Shown: one piece after another, positions 62,865-63,355 of the stretch
How positions within the stretch are numbered: the first letter of the stretch is position 1
Layout: each line of letters begins with the position of its first letter
DNA from: Chloroflexota bacterium
GTDB taxonomy: Bacteria; Chloroflexota; Anaerolineae; Anaerolineales; UBA11858
DNA: 63,355 nt
NCBI GenBank assembly: GCA_016865865.1
Contig: VGOC01000006.1
Span: 1-63,355 of the forward strand
Direction of reading: 5' to 3'
Program-made: the position numbers and the translations under genes
Notes under the pieces: model-generated
What the model was told of the DNA's origin: nothing
The model's input: only the letters and a program-made list of their open reading frames with translations
The model's database searches: none

Positions 62865-63000
62865 CCGCGGAATGTCTCGCCAGGGAAATCTTCGCCGTGG
62901 ACTTCTTTCGGGTCGAGATTGTAGCGGAGTTCATCGGGGACGTGACCGTAGAGACAGGCGTAGCAGGCGTCCAGTTCAGCGCAGAGTTGGGCGCGGCGGA
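62865..63000 (-). pseudogene. C-terminal remnant of an Eco57I/type IIG-like restriction-modification enzyme
   Basis: RRAQLCAELDACYACLYG..DELRYNLDPKEVHGEDFPGETFR. Confidence 0.65.
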
Positions 63001-63015
63001 CTTTGGTTGGTTGTG

Positions 63016-63225
63016 TCATTTTGTCATTCCGAAATGGCGCAATGCTGCTCGAATGTACGCCGCCTTTTCGGGCGGACATGGCTTGACCCGCTTCGCACCT
63101 TTGCGGTTCGGCGCGGTTCTCATCGGCAAGCCTGCCTGAGACTTTACATCCGCAATCCAACAAGTTTCAGGGACAAAATCATAGTTTTGTTTTACCCACG
63201 CTTGAATTTGTTTGTAGGTCGCCAT
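63016..63225 (-). CDS. Small standalone domain resembling the C-terminal extension of some RlmD/TrmA methyltransferases
   Basis: ATYKQIQ..WIADVK..G..R...CPPEK..I..AL.HFGM; GGAGG RBS. Confidence 0.7.
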   Translation of the reverse strand: MATYKQIQAWVKQNYDFVPETCWIADVKSQAGLPMRTAPNRKGAKRVKPCPPEKAAYIRAALRHFGMTK

Positions 63226-63355
63226 TGATTTTCCTCCATGGAATCAAACTGTGGGCAAATTCGATGTATAACGCAAAGTCAAATCCATCAATTCAGTTCC
63301 ACAAGAAACAAGAAAGTCGTCACGATCCATCTGGAAAGCGTCCAAGTCAACTTTA

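Overview
GC-rich bacterial window whose gene content and repeats resemble Chloroflexota (Anaerolineae); the lineage is an inference. In order it holds: (1) a partner-switching signalling operon (anti-sigma kinase, STAS, NTT-like MFS/cNMP protein, patatin, FecR lipoprotein with Cys-rich repeats, CHASE2-SpoIIE phosphatase); (2) a four-gene operon with a frameshifted Lgt-like gene, a small membrane protein, an MJ0619/Tes-family radical SAM enzyme and a rhodanese-membrane protein; (3) a ~16 kb DNA-processing/defence block (SWIM-SNF2, MAD3/MAD4-like pair, AddB/AddA-like, two DUF488, dual-OB-RecQ fusion) bracketed by two inverted copies of a palindromic element; (4) metabolic and transport genes; (5) TA modules (MNT-HepT, AbiE), several internally deleted gene remnants and a deviant tRNA-Lys. 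The most striking non-coding signal is six long hairpins, five of them inside ~110 bp MITE-like elements with unrelated terminal inverted repeats. All six have a GC-GNA-GC apex on the same strand. There are also many palindromic or short-repeat elements inserted in frame in proteins. Protein calls come from motif recognition, not database searches.
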